Origin: Candidatus Latescibacterota bacterium
GTDB taxonomy: Bacteria > Latescibacterota > UBA2968
Length of the DNA: 64,000 nucleotides
Reading direction: 5' to 3'
Assembly (NCBI GenBank): GCA_965198115.1
Contig: OZ240241.1
Coordinates: 4,320,001 to 4,384,000, forward strand
Numbering within the stretch: the first letter of the stretch is position 1; each line of letters opens with the position of its first letter. The position numbers and the translations under genes were made by a program. Shown here piece after piece: positions 1 through 12,463 of this stretch. The notes beneath the pieces were generated by a model, which searched no databases, was not told the origin of the DNA, and was given only the letters and a program-made list of their open reading frames with translations.

Positions 1-43
1 GCCTCGTCTTTCTTCCCAGCGCCCTGCGCCTCCGCCGCTTCGC

Positions 44-961
44 CTAGCTGCTTTTCAGCGCATTGATCGACTCGATCAACCTGCGATCGGCCTTCGCCCG
101 AATGTCGAGGATACGCTCTACATCGACCAGGTTCGATTCGGACTCGGGACGAATGCGGTAGACCTGAGTCCAGTCCTGGAGCGCCTTGACGACCATGTCG
201 AGCAACATCACATCGGTCGCATCGTCCTGTACCATGCACTCGTCGGCCAGCACACGTCGGATCGCCCGAATCGGAGCTTCGAGTGCCGATCGATCGGGTG
301 AGGACTTCTCCTCCACAGCCACCAGGAGTCCCGGTGACAGGTCGGCCAGAAACCCCTCGCTCAGAAACTTTCGCGCGCGCTCTTCGGTCCACGTCTCGCC
401 CATCATCTCTTCGATGGACTGTGGCCTGTCTGCAACTTTCTCCCGCTGTGGCTGTGGGCGCGGGCGCGAAGAGGAGCGCGGAGGCGGAGATCCCGGCTCG
501 CCGTTATCCCGGTCCCTTGCATCGCGATCTCTGCCACCGCGTCCCCGGCGTCCTCGGCGCCGGCGTCCTCGGCGTGCATCGGAGTCCGGCCGTCCCTCTT
601 CGCCATCTTCGTCGCGACGAGACGTTTTTTCACGGGCCGCAGGCGTTTTCTTTTGGCCCGGGGTCGCCCCGAGCGTCGTTCGAGCGTCCGTTGACTCGCC
701 CGTGCTCGTGTCGGGTCCCCCGCGTTTAGGACGACGCCCATATTCGATGCCACGCTGGCTTGTTTCCGACGTGCTCGCATCAGGCTTGTCGTCGGTCTTC
801 GCTTCCGCCTTCTTGGCCTTCTTCGCCTTCTTCGCCTTCTTGGCCTTCTTCGCCTTCTTCGCTTTCTTCGCTTTCTTGGCCTTCTTGGCTTTCTTTACCG
901 GCTTAGCCTCGGCCACCGGAGCGTCGGTCGTTTCTCCGGCTTCGCGCACTTCTTCCATCAT
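44..961 (-). CDS. Hypothetical protein with N-terminal (KKA)10 repeat, Arg/Gly-rich disordered linker and helical C-terminal domain
   Basis: 305-aa ORF with GGGG-type RBS before tandem ATGs; composition is protein-like, unlike the antisense ORF. Confidence 0.75.
   Translation of the reverse strand: MMEEVREAGETTDAPVAEAKPVKKAKKAKKAKKAKKAKKAKKAKKAKKAKKAEAKTDDKPDASTSETSQRGIEYGRRPKRGGPDTSTGESTDARTTLGATPGQKKTPAAREKTSRRDEDGEEGRPDSDARRGRRRRGRRGRGGRDRDARDRDNGEPGSPPPRSSSRPRPQPQREKVADRPQSIEEMMGETWTEERARKFLSEGFLADLSPGLLVAVEEKSSPDRSALEAPIRAIRRVLADECMVQDDATDVMLLDMVVKALQDWTQVYRIRPESESNLVDVERILDIRAKADRRLIESINALKSS
806..895 (-). repeat. 9-bp tandem repeat x10 encoding KKA
   Basis: Units (c/g)gc(c/t)ttctt on + strand, 806-895; only synonymous variation. 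Confidence 0.95.
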
Positions 962-1039
962 TCCCCCTAACGGGTGCTACCCTCGCTCCTACCAGTGTGC
1001 CGACCAATATAGAAAATTCTTCGGGACAAATGTCGCCCG

Positions 1040-1328
1040 TTAATAGGTGTCGACCTCCGCACGCAGTTCCGCGTTGCGCGCCACCACACTCTTGAGAGTG
1101 TCCTCGAGTTCGGACACCTGACGATTCATCTCCACGACCACACGATTCAGCTCGTGGAGCCGGTCCGAGATCGGCCGTCGGGCCTCCTGCACAGCCGCCA
1201 GCCACTGCTCGTGCCGCACCAATTCGGTACGCGCGACGGCGAGCTGTTCGGCCGTCTTCTTGAACCATCGTGAAACCCTTCACTGCAACGACGGCCACAG
1301 TGATCAAAACAAGCTCGAGGTAGCCCAC
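1040..1328 (-). CDS. Small TM + coiled-coil protein, apparently frameshifted near 1270
   Basis: GTG-GYLELVLITVAVVAVKGF in one frame continues as FKKTAEQLAVARTELVRHEQW... in the 1040..1222 frame. Confidence 0.5.
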
Positions 1329-1345
1329 CGCTGACCTATCGCGTC

Positions 1346-1750
1346 TTACCTTTTGTTGCGTGGTAGAGGATCCAACTCCAACTCTTCCTGCCGCTTGTTG
1401 GCCTGATCGATCTGTTCCCGGGTCTCCGACATCCGGCTCTTGGCAGTCCGCAATTCCAGCTCCGTCTGAACGACGCTCTCGGCCTCCTCGACCTTGAGCC
1501 GCTCCTCCACGCTGATCTGCTTCTCGAGGTCCTGGCGCGAACGAACGAAGTGTTCGGTGTCCTGGGACATCTCCTCGTTCAGACCTCGATATCGTATCAC
1601 CGTAACGAGTCCGTAGGCCACGGCGACCATGGCCAGGGCGTCCAGAGGGCGTCTTTCGATCGAGCGAACGAACGAACGAATGTGGCTGTAATCGAGGAAT
1701 ATAGGCCAGACGGTGAGCCAAGGGGATGGCGAAAATTTCAAGACGTACAT
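1346..1750 (-). CDS. Small TM + coiled-coil protein (start uncertain)
   Basis: Hydrophobic LAMVAVAYGLVTVI followed by E/Q/R-rich heptads. Confidence 0.6.
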   Translation of the reverse strand: MYVLKFSPSPWLTVWPIFLDYSHIRSFVRSIERRPLDALAMVAVAYGLVTVIRYRGLNEEMSQDTEHFVRSRQDLEKQISVEERLKVEEAESVVQTELELRTAKSRMSETREQIDQANKRQEELELDPLPRNKR

Positions 1751-1753
1751 ACA

Positions 1754-1798
1754 AGCGGACAGCCCATCCGGCCGAACGCCGAAAACGGGCTGTCCGCT
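1754..1798 (-). terminator. Hairpin downstream of groEL
   Basis: AGCGGACAGCCC / GGGCTGTCCGCT 12-bp inverted repeat; weak U tract. Confidence 0.6.
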
Positions 1799-1825
1799 GT
1801 GTGTCGAAGGAGACCCAATGTCGGG

Positions 1826-3484
<1,659 letters not shown>

Positions 3485-3772
3485 TTATTCGAGAATGCCC
3501 AGAACGTCGCCTTCGTTCACGATGACCAACTCTTCTCCGTCAATCTCGATCTCGTTACCCGCATACTTTCCGATCAGGATACGCTGCCCAGGCTTCACGT
3601 CGAGCGCGACCACGTCACCATCGTCGGTTCGACGCCCCGGCCCGACGGCTACGACATCGGCCTGTTGCGGCTTCTCTTTTGCCGTATCGGGAATGATAAT
3701 TCCACCCGAAACCTGCTCTTCGTCATCGATTCGCCTGATCAGGATTCGATCCCCGAGAGGACGCACCTTCAT
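3485..3772 (-). CDS. groES: Co-chaperonin GroES
   Basis: MKVRPLGDRILI...GGIIIPDTAKEKPQ; GAGGAGG RBS; directly upstream of groEL. Confidence 0.98.
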   Translation of the reverse strand: MKVRPLGDRILIRRIDDEEQVSGGIIIPDTAKEKPQQADVVAVGPGRRTDDGDVVALDVKPGQRILIGKYAGNEIEIDGEELVIVNEGDVLGILE

Positions 3773-3850
3773 CGAGAAACCCTCCTCAATTCCCAGTCTG
3801 CACACACGACCGAGAGTGATTAAGAAACTGAAAATAAAGAATTTGAGATG

Positions 3851-3877
3851 TTAGCACTCGTGCGTGCCGAGTGCTAA
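3851..3877. promoter_or_regulatory. CIRCE element (HrcA operator)
   Basis: Exact consensus TTAGCACTC-N9-GAGTGCTAA upstream of groES. Confidence 0.98.
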
Positions 3878-3886
3878 CAAGCGTGG

Positions 3887-3915
3887 AATATAAAAGACCC
3901 CGGCGCGATGCGCAA
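3887..3915 (-). promoter_or_regulatory. sigma70-type promoter of groESL
   Basis: TTGCGC-N17-TATATT on the minus strand, just upstream of CIRCE. Confidence 0.7.
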
Positions 3916-3951
3916 GCGCATTATCACACCGGGGTCTGAACGACGAAGAAC

Positions 3952-4428
3952 CTACGAGTCGGCCTCTTCCAGGCGGGCCCTTCGGGCCTGTATCTTCGCC
4001 TCGAGATGCTCGATCTCCTGCGTGAGCAACGCTGGATTCGCCGGCGCTTCCGCTTCTTCCGGGGGTGGCGGCGTTTCTATGGGGTGATGGGCATCTTCCC
4101 AGTCGCCGAATCCGCCGTCCATACTGATGACACGCTCGTAGCCCAGCTCCTTGAGTGAAACACCGCCTAGCAGCGATCGAACCCCTCCGGCACAGTAAAC
4201 GATGACCTCGTCTTCCTTGTTGGGAATCCTTTTCTCCACCTCTGCCTCGAGGACCCCACGGGGGATGTGGATCGCACCCTTCAGATGACCACGTTCCCAT
4301 TCGTCCAGACCCCGAATGTCCAAAAGAACGGGTGTGTTGCCCTCCTCCAGGTAGTCGTTCACCTCGTCGACCGACAGCTCCTTGATCTCATCCCGGGCCG
4401 ACGACAACAGATCTTCTCGTGACTTCAT
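3952..4428 (-). CDS. Rhodanese-domain sulfurtransferase with C-terminal coiled coil
   Basis: LLDIR..EWERGHLKGA, active-site loop YCAGGVRS, MDGGFGDW. Confidence 0.9.
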   Translation of the reverse strand: MKSREDLLSSARDEIKELSVDEVNDYLEEGNTPVLLDIRGLDEWERGHLKGAIHIPRGVLEAEVEKRIPNKEDEVIVYCAGGVRSLLGGVSLKELGYERVISMDGGFGDWEDAHHPIETPPPPEEAEAPANPALLTQEIEHLEAKIQARRARLEEADS

Positions 4429-4480
4429 ACGCGCTCCCATTGACTGTACGCTCATTGGCTTGCCACCGGTCTAACTGGCG

Positions 4481-4519
4481 TTTCAATTCTCGATCCTCGA
4501 TTCTAAATCTTTCAATCAT
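4481..4519. repeat. Degenerate heptamer tandem repeat (TCRATTC-like)
   Basis: ttcaattc tcgatcc tcgattc taaatc ttcaatc directly after the secA stop. Confidence 0.5.
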
Positions 4520-7500
4520 CTAGGCCCCGTGGCATCGCTTGTACTTCTTGCCGCTCCCGCACGGACACGGATCGTTCCGGCCAACTTTTGCCTCGACTCG
4601 CACGGGACGTTGTTTCGGCCGTCCCTCGCTCTCGGACGTATTGGTGACTGTCTCCTGCGTCGGCGGAGCGACGGGGACGTCGAAGCCCATGCCGACCGCA
4701 TCTTCGTGAACGAGGGACAAGCGGCCTGGCTGACGCTGTGGACGTGTCGGACCCTCATCGATCGGAATGCGATAGAGGGTTCGTACCGTCTCCCGATTGA
4801 TGTCGTCGAGCAACTCGACGAACATGCCGAACCCCTCGCGCTTGTACTCCACGAGCGGGTCTTTCTGCCCGTAACCGCGGAGGCCGATCCCTTCCTTCAG
4901 ATCGTCCATTTCCCGCAGATGCTCTTTCCACTTCTCATCGATGATACTCAGGTAAACCATCCGCTCGAGCTGTCGAATCCGATCGGCCCCGATCAGTTCT
5001 TCCCGACGGCTGTAGGCCGATCGCACATCGTCGTGGATCACGTTTCGAAGGTCGTCCCGATGGACGGTCGGGAGATCCTCGTCCGGATCGATCGCCGACT
5101 GGAGAAAGGTATTCCTCAGGTCGGAGGCGAGACCCTCGATATTCCAATCTTCGGGATGGGCGCCTTCGGGCGCATTCGCATCCATCAGAATCGTGATCGT
5201 ATCGTCGATCACCTCGATGATCTCACCCGAAATGTCCTCCTCCTCCAGAGCGTGGCGTCGTCGATCGTAGATCACCTCACGCTGCTGGTTCATCACGTCG
5301 TCGTACTCCAGCAAATGTTTGCGGATCTCGAAGTTCCGACCCTCCACGCGCTTTTGGGCACGCTCGATCGAGCGCGTGACCATGCTGTGTTCGATCACCT
5401 CGCCCTCTTCGGCTCCGAGACGATCCATGATTCGCGCGATCCGTTCCGACCCGAACAAACGCATCAGGTTGTCTTCGAGCGAAATGAAAAACCGAGAACT
5501 GCCCGGGTCGCCCTGACGACCGGAACGCCCCCGTAGCTGCCGGTCGATCCGTCGGGCCTCGTGACGTTCGGTTCCGATGATATGCAGACCACACGGAACG
5601 TCCTCCTGGCAGCCCAACTCTTTCAGGTGCGGACAGAGCGGCTCGCTGCTTTCAGGGTTGTAAATCAGCGCACACTGATGGGTTTCCGGCGCCTTGACGA
5701 CACCGTCGCCCAGCTTGATATCGGTGCCGCGCCCCGCCATGTTCGTCGCAATCGTCACGGCCCCTGGCTGTCCTGCCTGCCGGACGATGTCTGCCTCGTG
5801 TTGGTGCTGACGTGCGTTCAGAACCGAATGTTTGATCCCCTTGCGACTCAGCATCCGGGCCAGCAATTCAGACACCTCGACGGAAATCGTACCGACGAGT
5901 ACGGGTAGCTTCTCGCCATTCAGCCGTTCCACCTCGTCGACCAGGGCGTTGTATTTCTCACGCTTCGTCCGAAAGATCAGGTCATCGGCGTCGATGCGGC
6001 GAACGGGTTCGTTCGTGGGGATCGTCACCACGTCGAGCTTGTAGATCTGCATCAACTCGCCCGCTTCGGTTTCCGCCGTTCCCGTCATTCCAGCCAGCTT
6101 ATCGTAGAGCCGGAAATAGTTCTGCAACGTGATCGTCGCGACCGTTTGCGTGTCCCGTTCGACTTTCACACGTTCCTTGGCCTCCAGCGCCTGGTGGAGG
6201 CCGTCGGAGAACCTGCGACCCTCCTGCGGTCGCCCCGTGAACTCGTCGACGATGATCACCTTGCCCGTGTCCACCATGTACTGCACGTCTTTCTCGTAGA
6301 GCGTGTAGGCCTTCAACAGCTGTTGAACGCTATGAATCCGTTCACTCTTGGTGCCGTAATCCTGGTAAGCTTCGGCTTCGGCCCGGCTCTTGTCCTCGTC
6401 GGTCTTCCCGACATCGGATCGGATCTCGTGCAGCGTCTCATCCAGGTCAGGGAGCACGAACTCATCGGGTTGCCGGCTGATCTCCTCTCGCCCTTTTTCG
6501 GTAAGATCGATGATGTGGCTCTTTTCGTCGATGCTGAAGTAAAGCTCCGAGTCGATCTCGCCCATCAGCTTGTCACGGATGTAATCTGCCTCCACCCGAC
6601 CGATCAGCTGCTTCACCCCTTCTTCCTGGAGCAGCTTCATAAAGCGCTTGTTCCGGGGGGCTCCGCGATTCACCCGGAGCAGCTGGATGCCGGCCTCGTA
6701 ATCGTCCTCCTCCAGCTGACCCTCGGCATCCGCAAGAATCTGGTTCGCCACGCGGGTCTGCGCCTTCACAAGACGTTCAACGAGTGGACGCATCTCGTCA
6801 AAACGCTGGTTGTCGGCTTCGGCGACCGCCCCCGAGATGATCAGAGGCGTTCGGGCTTCGTCGATCAGAATGCTGTCGGCTTCATCGATGATGGCAAAGC
6901 TGTAACCACGCTGTAACAGGTCCTCGGGCCGAATGGCCATGTTGTCGTAGAGGTAGTCGAACCCGAACTGATCCTTGGTGCCATACGTGATGTCCGCCCG
7001 GTAGGCTTCGGCGTGGTCGCATTCCCGAACGTTAAACCCGCCGGATCCGTCCGCCTCGAGGACGTATCCCTCGATCCCCATCGTCCGGTCCTGGATGATG
7101 CCGACCGACAGACCCAGCCAGACGTAGAGCGGCCCGATCCACATGGCGTCGCGTTTCGCGAGATAGGAATTCACCGTGACCAGGTGGACACCCCGTCCGG
7201 TCAGGGCGTTCAGATACATCGGGAAACCCGCGACCAGGGTCTTCCCTTCACCCGTAGCCATCTCGGCTACCTTGCCCTCGTGCAGGACGATCCCACCGAT
7301 CAGCTGGACGTCGTAGGGCACCATATCCCACGTGTAATTCTCGCCGGCCCGGTCCCAACTCTGACCCAGCATCCGCCGGCACGTCTCTTTGAAAACCGCG
7401 AACGCCTCGGGCATGAGCTCGTCGAGCGTATCCGCCTCGACCGCCTTCACATCGGACTCGGCCTCCTCGGTCTGGTCCAGGATACCCTGGCGTTCAGGTC

Positions 7501-7726
7501 CCTCCAGACCGATCAACCGGTTCCTCAGTTCATCCAGCTCCGTCGAGATATCCCGCGTCGATTCCCGCAGCCGTTCTCGAAGGGAGCTGGTTTTGGACTG
7601 CAGGTCGGCGTCCGAGATGTCTTTCAGGCCCTCCCAGATCCCGTTGATCTGGTCCGCGGCCGGCTGAAGTTTCTTGACGTCGCGGTCGTGTTTGGACCCG
7701 AACAGTTTTGTCAACGCGTTCATCAT
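4520..7726 (-). CDS. secA: Preprotein translocase ATPase SecA
   Basis: [54 protein letters not shown] tail [18 protein letters not shown]. Confidence 0.99.
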   Translation of the reverse strand: MMNALTKLFGSKHDRDVKKLQPAADQINGIWEGLKDISDADLQSKTSSLRERLRESTRDISTELDELRNRLIGLEGPERQGILDQTEEAESDVKAVEADTLDELMPEAFAVFKETCRRMLGQSWDRAGENYTWDMVPYDVQLIGGIVLHEGKVAEMATGEGKTLVAGFPMYLNALTGRGVHLVTVNSYLAKRDAMWIGPLYVWLGLSVGIIQDRTMGIEGYVLEADGSGGFNVRECDHAEAYRADITYGTKDQFGFDYLYDNMAIRPEDLLQRGYSFAIIDEADSILIDEARTPLIISGAVAEADNQRFDEMRPLVERLVKAQTRVANQILADAEGQLEEDDYEAGIQLLRVNRGAPRNKRFMKLLQEEGVKQLIGRVEADYIRDKLMGEIDSELYFSIDEKSHIIDLTEKGREEISRQPDEFVLPDLDETLHEIRSDVGKTDEDKSRAEAEAYQDYGTKSERIHSVQQLLKAYTLYEKDVQYMVDTGKVIIVDEFTGRPQEGRRFSDGLHQALEAKERVKVERDTQTVATITLQNYFRLYDKLAGMTGTAETEAGELMQIYKLDVVTIPTNEPVRRIDADDLIFRTKREKYNALVDEVERLNGEKLPVLVGTISVEVSELLARMLSRKGIKHSVLNARQHQHEADIVRQAGQPGAVTIATNMAGRGTDIKLGDGVVKAPETHQCALIYNPESSEPLCPHLKELGCQEDVPCGLHIIGTERHEARRIDRQLRGRSGRQGDPGSSRFFISLEDNLMRLFGSERIARIMDRLGAEEGEVIEHSMVTRSIERAQKRVEGRNFEIRKHLLEYDDVMNQQREVIYDRRRHALEEEDISGEIIEVIDDTITILMDANAPEGAHPEDWNIEGLASDLRNTFLQSAIDPDEDLPTVHRDDLRNVIHDDVRSAYSRREELIGADRIRQLERMVYLSIIDEKWKEHLREMDDLKEGIGLRGYGQKDPLVEYKREGFGMFVELLDDINRETVRTLYRIPIDEGPTRPQRQPGRLSLVHEDAVGMGFDVPVAPPTQETVTNTSESEGRPKQRPVRVEAKVGRNDPCPCGSGKKYKRCHGA

Positions 7727-7747
7727 GGTGTACGATTCCGAAGGTGA

Positions 7748-8467
7748 TCAGCTACCGCTGAGGAGACGTTCTGCCAAGAACGGCGGCAGGCCGGCTTCCA
7801 GTATTTTTGCCTGGGCGCTGGGGAGGTCGTAGGCCACGCGGATCAGTTCGATCGTCGGTGTTCCGTCGTCGACGAGACAGAACGCCGCGCGGGGGTCTCG
7901 ATCCCGTGGCTGCCCGACACTACCAACGTTCACGATGCACCGTGCGTCGGACACGTCGAAAGATCCCTCGACAGATACCACTTCGCCAGTCCCGTCGGCA
8001 TAAATAAACGCCCGGTGGGAATGGCCAACAAACGTCAACCGTGCATCTGTCGCGCGGAGCGCGGGTTCCGCGTCGCCGCCCGTGAACAGATAGGGGAATG
8101 TTTCCGGTTCTTCCGGAGACCCGTGGACGAAGTGCCAGTCGCCCTCACGATGCTCGAAAGGCAAGTCCGACAACAGGTCGGCGTGTGCCGTGCTCAACGT
8201 TGAGGCCGTCCACCTGATGGCCTCCGAAGCGAAGCGGTTCATCCACGACAGATCTTCCAGCCCGACGGCCGCACGGTCGTGATTGCCGGCGACGATCACG
8301 TCCGCCCGGTCCCGAATCACATCGACACAGTAGCCAGGATCGGCACCGTAGCCGACGATGTCACCCAGACAGACGATCCGCCCGACCCCCCTGGCATCAC
8401 AGCACGCGAGCACCGCATCCAGGGCTTCGGCGTTGCCGTGTATGTCCGACAGAACCGCGACCTTCAC
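7748..8467 (-). CDS. Calcineurin-like metallophosphoesterase
   Basis: SDIHGN, GDIVGYG, GNHD, VHGSP, GHSH, NVGSVGQPRD. Confidence 0.93.
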   Translation of the reverse strand: MKVAVLSDIHGNAEALDAVLACCDARGVGRIVCLGDIVGYGADPGYCVDVIRDRADVIVAGNHDRAAVGLEDLSWMNRFASEAIRWTASTLSTAHADLLSDLPFEHREGDWHFVHGSPEEPETFPYLFTGGDAEPALRATDARLTFVGHSHRAFIYADGTGEVVSVEGSFDVSDARCIVNVGSVGQPRDRDPRAAFCLVDDGTPTIELIRVAYDLPSAQAKILEAGLPPFLAERLLSGS

Positions 8468-8469
8468 GG

Positions 8470-8925
8470 TCAGCCGTCCCTTTCGGTCGCCCCCGACGCG
8501 TCTCCAGAATCGACAGGTGTCAGATCGCCCTGGGCGAGCCGGTCCAGGACCCCGTTGATGAAGGCTGGCGCCTTTTCAACGCTGTATCGCTTCGCGAGTT
8601 CGATCGCCTCGTCGATCGACACCTTGACGGGCACTTCTTCAAAATGCTCGATCTCCGTCAACGCCATCCACATCAGGATACGGTCGATGCGCGACAGACG
8701 GTCGATCGACCAGTTTTCCGTCACTTCTCCAATCCGCGTATCGAGCGCTTCACGCGCCTCCCACGTCTTCGCCCCGAGGGTCCGGGCGAACGACGAGGCC
8801 TCCTCGGACAATCCTGACCGCAGCGCCATCGTTCGCAGCGTCTGCTCGACGGGATCGCCTGAACTCAGGGACCAGTAAAGTCCCTGGAGCACCGCCTCTC
8901 GCGCCTTGCGACGGGACCCCGTCAT
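8470..8925 (-). CDS. nusB: Transcription antitermination factor NusB
   Basis: [37 protein letters not shown]; follows ribH. Confidence 0.96.
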   Translation of the reverse strand: MTGSRRKAREAVLQGLYWSLSSGDPVEQTLRTMALRSGLSEEASSFARTLGAKTWEAREALDTRIGEVTENWSIDRLSRIDRILMWMALTEIEHFEEVPVKVSIDEAIELAKRYSVEKAPAFINGVLDRLAQGDLTPVDSGDASGATERDG

Positions 8926-9392
8926 CCCTCCAGATCACCCATCAGGTTCGCCATCTCAATCGCGCTGAGTGCGGCGTCCCAGCCCTTATTCCCGGCCTTC
9001 GTCCCTGCCCGCTCGATGGCCTGCTCGATCGTTTCGGTCGTTAGCACACCGAAGATGACCGGCACGCCCGTCTCCTGCGACGCAGCGGCGATCCCTTTGG
9101 AAGCTTCGGCCGCGACATACTCGGAATGGGGTGTCGCACCCCGAATCACGGCGCCCAGGCAGATCACGGCGTCGTAGCTTCCGCTCGCGGCCAGCTTGCG
9201 CGCGACGAGTGGTATTTCGAACGACCCGGGCACCCAGACCACGTCCACCCCATCCACGTCGGCTCCGTGACGTCTCAGGCAATCGAGCGCACCCTCCAGC
9301 AGTTCTTTCGTGATGAACGCGTTGAACCGGCCCACGACGATGCCGAATCGTCTGCCGTCGGCGTTCAGTGTGCCCTCAATGACCTTCGGCAT
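8922..9392 (-). CDS. ribH: 6,7-dimethyl-8-ribityllumazine synthase
   Basis: [33 protein letters not shown]. Confidence 0.98.
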   Translation of the reverse strand: MPKVIEGTLNADGRRFGIVVGRFNAFITKELLEGALDCLRRHGADVDGVDVVWVPGSFEIPLVARKLAASGSYDAVICLGAVIRGATPHSEYVAAEASKGIAAASQETGVPVIFGVLTTETIEQAIERAGTKAGNKGWDAALSAIEMANLMGDLEG

Positions 9393-10650
9393 GCTGATCT
9401 CCCGGTGTCCCGTCTTCCAACGTGAGGTCTTCGTCGCTGAACAGGTGACCCATTCGCAGGCGCTTGGTCCGCAGGTAATTGATGTTGTATCGATTCGCCT
9501 GAATCGCCATCGCCTCCCGCGCGATGATCTCGATCCCGTAGGCTTCGAGTCCCACGCGCTTCGAGGGGTTGTTCGTGATCAGACGAATCTTGCGCGCCCC
9601 CAGATCGGACAGAATCTGGGCGCCAATCCCGTAATCCCGTTCGTCCATTTTGTAGCCCAGCTTGACGTTCGCGTCGACCGTGTCGTAGCCCGATTCCTGA
9701 AGCTTGTAGGCCCGGATCTTTTGACGCAATCCAATGCCCCGGCCTTCCTGCCGCATGTAAACGAGCACGCCTCGACCTGCCCTCGCGATCATCTTGAGCG
9801 CCGCATCCAGGTTCTGGGCACAATCGCAGCGCAGCGATCCGAGCGCGTCCCCCGTCAGACACTCGGAGTGCATCCGCACGAGCACCGGTTCGCCATCGTT
9901 GAATGCCCCCGTCGTCAGTGCCACGTGCTCGCGCTCATCCACATCCGACTCGTACAGGTGGAGTTGGAACTCACCATATTGCGTCGGCATGTCGACCGAC
10001 TCGAGACACCGGACCAGCTTTTCCGAGCGGCTTCGATACGCGATCAGATCCTTGATCGTGATCACCCTGAGCGAGAACCGTCGGGCCAACTCCTGCAACT
10101 GAGGAAGACGCGCCATCGTTCCGTCCGCGTTCAGGATCTCGCACAGAACACCGGCTGGCGCCAGCCCCGCCAGCCTGGCCAGGTCTACCGTCGCCTCCGT
10201 GTGGCCCGCCCTCCGCAGCACGCCACCCGGTCGCGCTTTGAGCGGAAAAACGTGACCAGGACGACCAAAGTCGGTCGCCACGGCCGCCGGGTCCACGAAT
10301 CGCCGAATCGTCTCCGCTCGGTCGCTCGCCGAGATTCCGGTCGTCGTTCCCTCGACCGCATCGATGCTCACGGTGAAAGGCGTTCCGTGCAACGCCGTGT
10401 TCTCGTCCACCATCATATCGAGCTGTAGATCTCGCAGCCGTTCTTCGGTTGCGGGCAGACAGACCAACCCACGACCGTGTGTGGCCAGAAAGTTGATGGC
10501 CTCTGGCGTCACCTTCTCGGCCGCCAGAATGAAATCGCCCTCGTTCTCACGATCCTCGTCATCGACGACGATCACGATCTTGCCGTTCGCGATGTTCTCG
10601 ATGGCATCTTCGATCGAGTCGAGACTGGACTCTGTTTTCGATTCGCTCAT
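9376..10650 (-). CDS. ribBA: Bifunctional DHBP synthase / GTP cyclohydrolase II
   Basis: [27 protein letters not shown]...[12 protein letters not shown]; ATG at 10650 overlaps the ribE stop. Confidence 0.98.
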   Translation of the reverse strand: MSESKTESSLDSIEDAIENIANGKIVIVVDDEDRENEGDFILAAEKVTPEAINFLATHGRGLVCLPATEERLRDLQLDMMVDENTALHGTPFTVSIDAVEGTTTGISASDRAETIRRFVDPAAVATDFGRPGHVFPLKARPGGVLRRAGHTEATVDLARLAGLAPAGVLCEILNADGTMARLPQLQELARRFSLRVITIKDLIAYRSRSEKLVRCLESVDMPTQYGEFQLHLYESDVDEREHVALTTGAFNDGEPVLVRMHSECLTGDALGSLRCDCAQNLDAALKMIARAGRGVLVYMRQEGRGIGLRQKIRAYKLQESGYDTVDANVKLGYKMDERDYGIGAQILSDLGARKIRLITNNPSKRVGLEAYGIEIIAREAMAIQANRYNINYLRTKRLRMGHLFSDEDLTLEDGTPGDQHAEGH

Positions 10651-11291
10651 AACCCGAATCCCGCGCGTTGTAGGGTAGCTAACGTCAGGCCTCCAGCTTC
10701 CTCGCTCGTGCCGACAAGCCGTTCGAGGTATCTCGCCACGATGTCGACCTCCAGATTCACACGATCGCCCTGGCGGCGATCGCTCATCGTCGTCACCCGC
10801 ATCGTATGCGGAATGATCGTCACTGCGAATCGATCCGCGTCCACCCACACGACCGTCAGACTGATTCCGTCGACGGCGATCGATCCTTTTTCCGCCACAT
10901 ACCGGCTGAGCGCGACCGGCATTTCGATCGTGTAATCCGTATGATCGCCTCCGTCGTCGCACGTAGCGACCCGACCCACGCCATCCACGTGGCCCTGCAC
11001 GAGATGTCCATCCAGACGATCGGAAAGACGAACCGAGCGCTCGAGATTCATCCGGTCACCCAACCCCAAAGCCCCCATCGTCGTTCGCTTCAGCGTTTCT
11101 TCAACCGACTCCACCGTAAACGTCGGCGCAGAGACTTCAACCGCCGTGTGGCACGCTCCGGCCAGACTCACGCTGTCTCCAACCTTCATTCCATCCAACA
11201 CCGTGGGGGCTTCGATCTTCGTCTGCTGGTAGCCGGACCGTCGGTCGATCGACCGAACGGTTCCAACTTCTTCAACGATTCCCGTAAACAC
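10647..11291 (-). CDS. ribE: Riboflavin synthase (alpha chain)
   Basis: (M)[36 protein letters not shown]. Confidence 0.97.
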   Translation of the reverse strand: MFTGIVEEVGTVRSIDRRSGYQQTKIEAPTVLDGMKVGDSVSLAGACHTAVEVSAPTFTVESVEETLKRTTMGALGLGDRMNLERSVRLSDRLDGHLVQGHVDGVGRVATCDDGGDHTDYTIEMPVALSRYVAEKGSIAVDGISLTVVWVDADRFAVTIIPHTMRVTTMSDRRQGDRVNLEVDIVARYLERLVGTSEEAGGLTLATLQRAGFGL

Positions 11292-11350
11292 GCTCGTCGC
11301 TCCAGGTTCGGTCCCCGTCGACACGAAGCAGGCACGTTAAGCCCGTCGCG

Positions 11351-12445
11351 TCAGACCACATCACCTTCGTAGAGGAGGTCCGATCCCAACCATTCCGTCC
11401 GAACATTGGACAGTTGGACGCTCTCCTCGATCCTTCGGATTCCCAAATCGTCGACGGAAGGAATCCCGGCGCCCAGCATTCGCGGTGAGATGAACATCGC
11501 GATCCTGTCGACGCAACGCGCCCGCAGAAACGCGGTAGCCACGCGGCTCCCTCCCTCTACCAGCACGTGAATCACATCTTCTGATCCGAGCGTGTCCAGC
11601 AAGGCTTCGACCCGCGGCCGACCCGTTTCATCGGTCGCGACGGTCATTATCCGGGCCCCGCTCGCCTCCAGCTGCTTCCGCGCATCGGCATCGGCACCAT
11701 TTGCGGCCACGATCGTCGCCCCCGGAAGACACTTCGCGTCAGGTGGCGTGCGCAGCTGGGTGTCGAGCACGACACGCAGGGGATTCTCACCCTCCACGTG
11801 ACGAACCGTCAATCGGGGATCGTCGGCCAGTACGCTACCCACACCCACCACGATGGCCTGGGCCTCGGCCCGTAGCCCGTGCCCTCTGGCCCTCGCAGCC
11901 ACGCCCGTGATCCACTTGGAATCGCCCGTACACGTCGCGATCGATCCATCCAGAGACTGCGCGAGCTTGAGAGTCACGTTGGGCCGCCCCGTGCGGCGAT
12001 GGGTCAGGTAGGCCGTATTCAGCTTCTCAGCCTCGTCGGCCAACAACCCCACCTCGACGGTGATGCCAGCGTCCCGCAATCGCTCGAACCCCGCGCCCGA
12101 AACACGTGCGTCCGGATCCTCCAGACAGCAGACCACTCGTCCTACGTTCCGATTCACGAGCAAGTCCGCGCACGCCGGTGTCCGACCCTCGAAGGCACAC
12201 GGCTCGAGGGTCAAGTAGACGGTCGACCCTGCAACCTCCCCGCCCGCGTCGTCGATCGCCGCAACTTCTGCGTGGGCGGTTCCGGGACGAACGTGGTAGC
12301 CACGGCCCAGGATCTCTCCATCCCGCACGACGACGGCGCCAACCATCGGATTGGGCCGGGCCGTCAGCCGTCCGCGCTCGGCGAGTGTCAAGGCCTGACG
12401 AATGTAGTCGGCATCGATCACTGGCGGGGTAGGGTCATCCGACAA
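11351..12445 (-). CDS. ribD: Riboflavin biosynthesis deaminase/reductase RibD
   Basis: PNPMVGAV, HAE...LEPC...TPAC, KLAQSLDG, DDPRLTVR, VEGG. Confidence 0.97.
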   Translation of the reverse strand: MSDDPTPPVIDADYIRQALTLAERGRLTARPNPMVGAVVVRDGEILGRGYHVRPGTAHAEVAAIDDAGGEVAGSTVYLTLEPCAFEGRTPACADLLVNRNVGRVVCCLEDPDARVSGAGFERLRDAGITVEVGLLADEAEKLNTAYLTHRRTGRPNVTLKLAQSLDGSIATCTGDSKWITGVAARARGHGLRAEAQAIVVGVGSVLADDPRLTVRHVEGENPLRVVLDTQLRTPPDAKCLPGATIVAANGADADARKQLEASGARIMTVATDETGRPRVEALLDTLGSEDVIHVLVEGGSRVATAFLRARCVDRIAMFISPRMLGAGIPSVDDLGIRRIEESVQLSNVRTEWLGSDLLYEGDVV

Positions 12446-12463
12446 TAGGTCTCCGCGGTCCGC

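Noticed and set aside
806-895. Regular repeat as a possible CRISPR array or phase-variable tract
   Set aside because: No spacers; the 9-bp unit is in frame and varies only synonymously
12446-12463. FMN riboswitch upstream of ribD
   Set aside because: Only an 18-bp gap; no RFN-like motif here or at 16318-16509
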